From Eledone cirrhosa (Eukaryota), in the NCBI GenBank assembly GCA_964016885.1, contig OZ024741.1, positions 251,410,001 to 251,474,000 on the forward strand: a stretch of DNA of 64,000 nucleotides, in the 5' to 3' direction. The notes under the pieces were generated by a model. It was given only the letters and a program-made list of their open reading frames with translations, was not told where the DNA came from and did no database searches. Position 1 is the stretch's first letter; each line of letters starts with the position of its first letter. This document shows, one piece after another, positions 55,398-64,000 of this stretch. Both the position numbers and the translations under genes were made by a program.

Positions 55398-55658
55398 CTC
55401 AGGTTATATATATGTATGCCTCACATGACAATTTCACTGTATAATGTGATAATAGATACGGTTGGCACAAAGGAAACCTTTTCTTTTATCTATGATCATG
55501 TTGTCTATTCCATGTAAGCATTGGATGTATGTACGTAATTCTGGTTTTGGTCGATAAGTAAAGTACCAGTAGCGTACTGGAGTCGATTTAATCGACTTCT
55601 TCCCCCATTCAAATTGCAAACCTTCTGCCAAAAGTAGAAACAATTATTAATATTGTTT

Positions 55659-55719
<61 letters not shown>

Positions 55720-55883
55720 TCTCTTTCTTTCTTTCTCCCCCCTCTCTCTCTCTCTCTCTCACGCACACACACACACGCAGACACACGCACAAACACTCAC
55801 ACACACACACAGGGTGTCCAAAAAAATATACACATATTTATTAGAATGCTGTTGAAGTATGTATACATTTTTGGGGAAACCCC

Positions 55884-55963
<80 letters not shown>

Positions 55964-56985
55964 CTGGTTTCTAACACAGAAACAAGACTATTTCGTAGAA
56001 ATTTAGGCATCATCATGTATGTATGTATGTATGCAAACATGTATGTATGAGTGTGTATGTATGTATGTGTATGCATGCATTTATGTATGTATGCATGTGT
56101 TTATGTATGAATGTGTATGTATCTATATATGTGTAAGTATGCATGCATTTGTCTATGTATGCATGTGTTTATGTATATATGTGTGTGTGCGTATGTGTGT
56201 ATGTAAGTATGTATGTATATGTGTGTGTGTATGTACGTGTGTGTATGTATGTATGCATGTATGAATGTATGCATGTATGTATGTGTTTATGTGTGTGTGT
56301 GTGTATCTATATATGTGTAAGTATGCATGCATTTATCTATGTATGCATGTGTTGATGTATATATGTGTGCGTGCGTGTGTATGTAAGTATGTATGTATGT
56401 ATGTATATGTGTGTGTGTATGTATGCATGTATGTATGTATGTATGTATGTATGTGTGTATGTAAGTATGTATGTATGTATATGTGTGTGTGTATGTACGT
56501 GTGTGTATGTATGTATGTATGTGTGCATGTATGTGTGTGTATGTATGTATGTATGTATGTGTGTATGTATGTGTGTATGTATGTATGTATGTATGTATGT
56601 ATGTATGTATGTGTGTATGTATGTGTGTATGTATGTGTGTGTATGTAAGTATGTATGTATGTATATGTGTGTGTGTATGTACGTGTGTGTATGTATGTAT
56701 GTATGTGTGCATGTATGTGTGTATGTATGTGTGTGTATGTATGTATGTATGTATGCATGTATGTATGTGTGTATGTATGTGTGTATGTATGTATGTATGT
56801 ATGTATGTATGTGTCGGCTAATGCATCCTATAGCAAGTTCTATCATAAAAAATATATTAGATCCATTTCGAGGTGTGTATATTAACATTTTCTACACGCT
56901 TTGGGTTATGAAGGTTCACACCTGACTGGCACACATATGTGTATATATGTGCATACATACGCACACGTACACACACACACACACG

Positions 56986-57126
<141 letters not shown>

Positions 57127-58287
57127 GTACACACACATATATAAACATATATATGTGTTTGAATATGTGTATGTGTATATGTATATATAAACACATACCC
57201 CCCCCCCCCGCACACACACACGTATGAAACATGAAAAATAAAAACAAAAACAAGCCTGAACATTAAGAATATTAGTGTGTGTATGTGTGTGTATGTGTGT
57301 GTGTGTGTGTGTGCGTGTTTATTAGGGCGGCCGAATTTCCGAAGACTGCGTCATGGTATTCTCTTCGACGTACACTACTGCTAATGACATAGCCTTCTTT
57401 CTAACTATATCTTTCTCACTGGATCTCTTATGGTATATAGATTAAGGATATTCTTTAAATACACTGCAAGTGAGAGGTGTCAATCGCCTCAACTAATCTA
57501 GAAACACCTATACACGAAGTCCCCACCACCACCACCACCACGGAAGAAATTTTACTAGGGGCTAAGGTAGCTTCCCTCGGACTGAACACAGCTGGGATGT
57601 TATGTATTTATTCGTTTATTTATTGGAGGTAGGAGTGTGGATATATATTTCTGAGCTCCTCCTTAACACTTTGCGCAGCCCTTGATTAAGAATTAAGCAA
57701 AATATTCACATGTTTAGGGCCAGTACCAGATTGAGGACAAATGAGGCCCTCTGCTAGTTAAGTTATGAGGTCCCTTACATGGGCCCTGAAGGAGGTAACA
57801 TTTGATGGGGGGGGGGGGAGATGGAGCCCCCCACCTAAGCACAATTGTAAATCCGGCATTGCCTAGGACTTCATGTTAAGAAGGGACCCATAGATTTTAT
57901 TTTCCAGTAACGGATTTATAATGGACTATGGTGTAATGTTGCAGCAGGTCCATAAACAGGGGCAGGGAATGACCTAAATGTGTGTTTTTTTTCTTTTTGT
58001 TTCAGTGCTTCGGGCTTCTATACGTCTTAATCCAGGTTCGCCTTCTGGGTTCCTGATACATGTATCGTCTGAACCCCTCTTTCGTAAGCCCATACACCAC
58101 CATACACACACATATATATATATATACACAGGCATACATACACACCTGTAAATATACATGAAGACGAAACTTCAGCATGGCCGCAGTCCAATGAATAAAA
58201 CACTAATCGACCAAAAGAGTATACGCACAGACATGTATATACACATATACATATACACACTTAAACACACGTACATACATAAACACC

Positions 58288-58363
<76 letters not shown>

Positions 58364-58559
58364 ATGGGTTCAATCGGGGGTAGCCACAGTTAGTAAAGTA
58401 CTCAATACATTAGTAGAGTGCAGACATCAAGTTTAATATAGAAATGGCTTCTACAAGACTAGAACTGTTTCATTCAAAAGAATACACCAGGCTTTCCCGA
58501 TAATTTCTTTCGAATGAAATAGTTCTAATAGTGTTGTAGAAACCATTTCTGTATTAAAC

Positions 58560-58631
<72 letters not shown>

Positions 58632-58809
58632 TAAATTCATAATATCGAGAAAATTTTCGTTACACCTAAACAGTTCGATAGAAGAGATCCAATTTGAGGC
58701 ATGCGTATAAATTTATATATGCAAGAACGCTAATGTAATGTATGTACATGCACATTTTATACGAAGTGTATATGCCCACACACACACATTGTGTTGTTCA
58801 CTTTCTAAT

Positions 58810-58894
<85 letters not shown>

Positions 58895-58914
58895 ATATAC
58901 ATATACAAATATAT

Positions 58915-58950
<36 letters not shown>

Positions 58951-59571
58951 TATAAATGTATATAGTTATACATGAGACTGGATCCGGTTATATTATAGAC
59001 ATACACACCCAGCTGCATAGTAAAAAAAGATCCAATTTGATGTGTATATACCTTTATATATACATGTAATGTCAGACGCAACGCCGATGTAGATAGAATA
59101 ATATATATATTATATACACGAGACTGGATCTAGCCGTATCAAGCACATACTCACGTGCTTGCAATAAGAGATCCATTTAGATGTGTGTGTATATTTATAT
59201 ATACATGTGGTATATATAAATCTATACATTTTCTACATAAACATGACGAGATCTAGCTGTATTTTAGACATATATACATACTCACCTACACCATATACAT
59301 CATTATCACCGCCACGATCGTCATTTAACGTCCGTTTTCTCTGCTAGCAGAGTGATATATGATAATTTTTACCTTCTCTTCCATGGTACAGAGGCATTTA
59401 CGCATATACACTCCTGGGCAAATGTATACATGAACTCGAACGTATGTATGCATATGTATATACAGATACATTCATACACATATATATGCATACATTCAGA
59501 CGCATATACACATACATATATTCAAATCCGCACAAATACATAAATACATACATATATATATATATATATAC

Positions 59572-59756
<185 letters not shown>

Positions 59757-59757
59757 C

Positions 59758-59792
<35 letters not shown>

Positions 59793-59946
59793 ATATATAA
59801 GATCAAAAGATGGTTAAAAGAGTTCCATCTTTTGATCTTATATATTATTTATACTCCAGTCCTACAAACTGTAGAGTGCTTCTTATCCGATATCTGCATT
59901 GTTTTATTGTACTACAATAAAACTCACCTCCTACATATATTATATA

Positions 59947-60001
<55 letters not shown>

Positions 60002-60012
60002 TGCATACATAG

Positions 60013-60045
<33 letters not shown>

Positions 60046-60098
60046 CATAAGCATTTGTTGTACTGCCTCTCTGTTTTGTCCCTGTTCAAATTTTTCCA

Positions 60099-60129
<31 letters not shown>

Positions 60130-60919
60130 TGCATACATAGATACATACACACACATAAATACGTACACATACATACACATTAACACATATATACACACAT
60201 CTATACATACATACACACATATTTCAACAATAATTTCCCCGCATTAGTGTAAATCCCTAAACTCTTACATTCTTAGTACCATATCTGTCCTGATCAAAAG
60301 CGTTCCAGCCACGACATTTCCATCTAAGATTACACTGTCCTATGTGTCTTTCAATTTTCAGGAAAGTGATTTGAAGGCGAGGTGGCTGTTATTTCTAGCA
60401 GGCACCTATCCCCATATGCTTGAGCCCTTACGTTCTATGGTTAGGAAAGGATTCATCAGTGCTGGATCTAGGATAAATGAGGTCCTGTGCTAGTTATGTT
60501 ATGAGGGCCCTTATTTGGGCCTTGAAGGAGGTAGGCCCTGTAAAAACAATTTTTTGGCAGGCAGTGCCCCTCCCCCCCCCCCAATTCGGGGGCCAACGGG
60601 GCCCTGTGTTTAAGTACACCTAAGCTCAATGGTAAATCCGGCACTGACAGTAGATTACTGGTACCTTGGGTAGGAGGAAAGGAAGGATGTGTTGGGTATT
60701 GAACTCACAGCGGGTATCTAGATAACTGATGGAAGATTCTAGTCTGGCGCACTGCAACAACAACAACAACAATAACAATAACAACTACAACAATAACAAC
60801 AACAACAATAACAATAACAACTACAACAATAACAACAACAATAACAACTACAACAATAACAACAACAATAACAACAACAGCATCATCATCAACACCAGCG
60901 TTACCATTACAATAATAAC

Positions 60920-61072
60920 GGTTTCTACTTTTGGCACAAGGCCAGCAATTATCCCAGTGTATTACTGGTACTTTATTTTATCGACCCCCGTAAGGATGAA
61001 AGCAAAGTTAACCTCGGCGGGATTTGAACTCAATAATAACAATGGCACATAAGCACACACACACATATATAC

Positions 61073-61103
<31 letters not shown>

Positions 61104-61205
61104 GGTGTACACGCAGTTAAGATTAAGGAACAGATGATCCAGTTGGCAAAGGCCCAGAATTTTAAGGGTTTCCACGCGTCTCAAATTCTGTTGCTTGTAA
61201 GTACA

Positions 61206-61238
<33 letters not shown>

Positions 61239-63005
61239 CACACACACACACATATATACACACACACACACACACACATACATACACTCATACATATACA
61301 TACATACACTCATACATATACATACATATAAATGTCAAATAATGATTTCTACAAAGTCAGCAATTACCCAGTGTATTACTGGTACTTTATTTTATCGACC
61401 CCGAAAGGATGAAAGGCAAAGTTGATCCTCAGCGGGATTCGAACTCACAACGTAAAGAACCAATACAAACAACGTCAAACATTATAACAATATAACAGTT
61501 TCTTTCCTAACTATATTAATTGTTTCTACTTTAGGCACAAGGCCAGCAATAACCCAGTGCATTACTGGTACTTTATTTTATCGACCCCGTAAGGATGAAA
61601 GGCAAAGTTAACCTCGACGGGATTTGAACTCAGAATGGCAAGGGCCGTAACTCTATACGTCAAAGCATGGCGTCCGATGCTCTACCGATACTGCCAATCC
61701 ACCGCCAATAGTAATAATTGTTTCTACTTTAGGCACAAGGCCAGCAATTACCCAGTGCATTACTGGTACTTTATTTTATCGACCCCATAAGGGTGAAAGG
61801 CAAAGTCAACCTCGGCGGGATTTGAACTCAGATCATAAAGGGACGTAACTATGCTGGAAAGCATGGCGTCCGATGCTCTACCGATACTGCCAATCCACCG
61901 CCAATAGTAATAATATTATAAAATATATGATATTGGTTTCTACTTTAGGCACAAGGCCAGCAATTTTGGGGCAGGAGAAAGTCGATTAAATCGACCGCAG
62001 TGCGTGACTGGTACTTTATTTTATCGACTATCTATATATATAAAACAGAGGATGTCTGTGTGTCTGTTTCCCTAAAACTCGAGAAGTACCCAGCGGGTTT
62101 TTTTCAAACTTTATACATGTAACTCGTATGACCCCGGAAGTGTTTTGAGCAAAAAAAATTCAAATTTTTAACCGCATTAGGCGATTTAGCGATCTCTTTC
62201 TCTTTCTCTTAGTCTTTCTCTTTTTAGATAGATACATAGATATGACGTCGCGCCTTCATAATATCTGTCTGTATGCCTGACTGTCTGCATTACGTCATTA
62301 TGACGCGATCAGTGTGTGTGTGTATATATATTCTTATGCCAGGGAACGTCTTCACGAACCAAAGTATCGTCTTCCTGTTTTCCAGATTGATTTTTTTAGT
62401 TTAAGAAGATCCCATTAAGGTTGAAAGCAGCGATTCTTTGCTTAAACATTAATATGTTATTTTAATATAGATATTCGTGTACAGATATTTTTGCATACAC
62501 AAAAACAAAATATAAACAAACAAGGCCAAAGATTACATCAATTAGTCTTAGTGTATGTACTTCATACTGCTTTTAGGTAGAATATCCCGTTAAGGGTGAA
62601 AGCAGTGATTCTTTGCTTAAACTTTAGTCTGTTATTTTAATATATATATATATATATATATAATTATATATTTATGGACAGATATTTTTGCATACACAAT
62701 AACAAAATATAAACAAACGTATTTATTTCACGATATTCGATAAGGATAAATATATATCAAATATATAAGAACCCTATGGCAAATCCCGAGCAACGCCGGG
62801 CCATTCTGCTAGTAAAATATATAATTGTTTCTACTTTTGGCACAAGGCCAGCAATTACCTAATACATTACTGGTACTTTATTTTATCGACCCCGTAAGGA
62901 TGAAAGGCAAAGTTAACCTCGGCGGGATTTGAACTCAGAATGGCAAGGACCGTAACTCTATGCGTATAACGTCAGACCCTCTACCGATACTGCCAATCCA
63001 CCGCA
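60920..63005 (-). mobile_element. Cluster of six family-1 SINE copies (60920, 61344, 61521, 61719, 61936, 62826)
   Basis: Near-identical minus-strand copies; 61521-61902 is a head-to-tail dimer. Confidence 0.88.
62030..62813 (-). mobile_element. Helitron/Helentron-like element with captured fragments
   Basis: Ends CCCGAGCAACGCCGGGCCATTCTGCTAGT (reverse complement ACTAGCAG...CCCGGCGTTGC) and ATCTATATATATA. The 3' half is collinear with 11200-11496. Confidence 0.65.
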
Positions 63006-64000
63006 TAATATTATGTATATAGATATAAGAAGGGATGGAATTCCCGCCACCACCAATTCTGATTTGTGGAGTCTGTTCCGTCTTTAGCCAACACCACCAC
63101 ACCATGTTGTTGTTGTTGTTGGATTTCCATCTGTTCAGACGATGACTGCTTTAGTTGTTTGATCAGCGGAACAGCCTGCTCATGAAATTAACGCACAAGT
63201 GACACATATACCCTTAATGTATATCTCAGGAAGATCCAGCCTGAGAGAATGTTTGACAAGGCCGGTCCGTTGAACTACAGGTATAATTAAGTAATTTTTG
63301 CCAGGTGAGTAGACTAAACAAATGTAAAATAAAGTGTCTTGCTCAAGAAGGCAATGCATCGTTGGGAAGGAATTAAAATCACAATTGAATATCTCAACAG
63401 GTAAAACGTGAACCTTCACACCCAGGGCCGGATTTAATAGGGGGGGGGGGGGCAATTGCCCCGAGACCCTGCAGTGGGGCGTCCCACCAGCGACGTCCGT
63501 AGTAATTTATTTGTGCCCTCAGCTGGGCTCTTTAGTTTTAGGATCGTTAGAATTTTTTAATGTAATACCTGTATGTATAACTTTTCAATTCCAATTACTT
63601 TCGCTCAGGTACCTTTGATATATAAAATTGCTGGGAGATTGCTGTATATTCTATTTTTTGCGTATGACCCCCCCCCCCCCCTTAACTCAAGGTCTAACTC
63701 CAGCCTTATTCCCATCACACCGAGACCTTTTATTATAAGCAAAAACAATCCTTCCATCAGATCTGTTGAGTCTTTTCTCTAGCTAAAACTGTTGCTGCAC
63801 CGTCCCTCACTCACCACCACTACCACCTGTTGCAGGCAGTGGGCGAGGCAACAGCTGAGGTGGGGGGGGGGGGGGGTAAATATAAAAAGGTGGGTCTGAC
63901 AGGAATATGAACTACTATAAGCTTTACATCTTAAAGTTACATAGGGCGAAAATCAGGTACGACAAATCAATTCTATAAATGGTAGCACAAGATTTTGCAA

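Overview
Repeat-saturated, AT-rich eukaryotic DNA with no credible host protein-coding exon. Almost all listed ORFs are microsatellite read-throughs. The repeat make-up (dense (TA)n/(CA)n/(GATA)n/(TACA)n, two tRNA-derived SINE families, RTE LINE debris) suggests an octopus-like coleoid genome; this is an inference. Contents: a 5-kb 41-bp satellite with higher-order structure, fragments of RTE, Tx1-like and R4/Dong-like non-LTR retrotransposons, Helentron-like elements, hAT/mariner MITEs and a probable solo LTR. The main hidden signal is a dispersed set of at least 12 minimal type-I hammerhead ribozyme (HHR) motifs (stem I-CUGANGA-stem II-GAAA-palindromic stem III-UH-stem I') from at least 6 sequence families, plus several degenerate copies. 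They lie in short non-coding units flanked by (TA)n, which often form inverted repeats or hairpins of 50 bp to 1.56 kb. One family has an unusual ~80-nt branched stem II. A decayed Penelope-type GIY-YIG endonuclease remnant is also present. Together these point to a Penelope-like (PLE)/retrozyme-like family of ribozyme-bearing non-autonomous retroelements. All base-pairing was read by eye and coordinates of diverged repeats are approximate.
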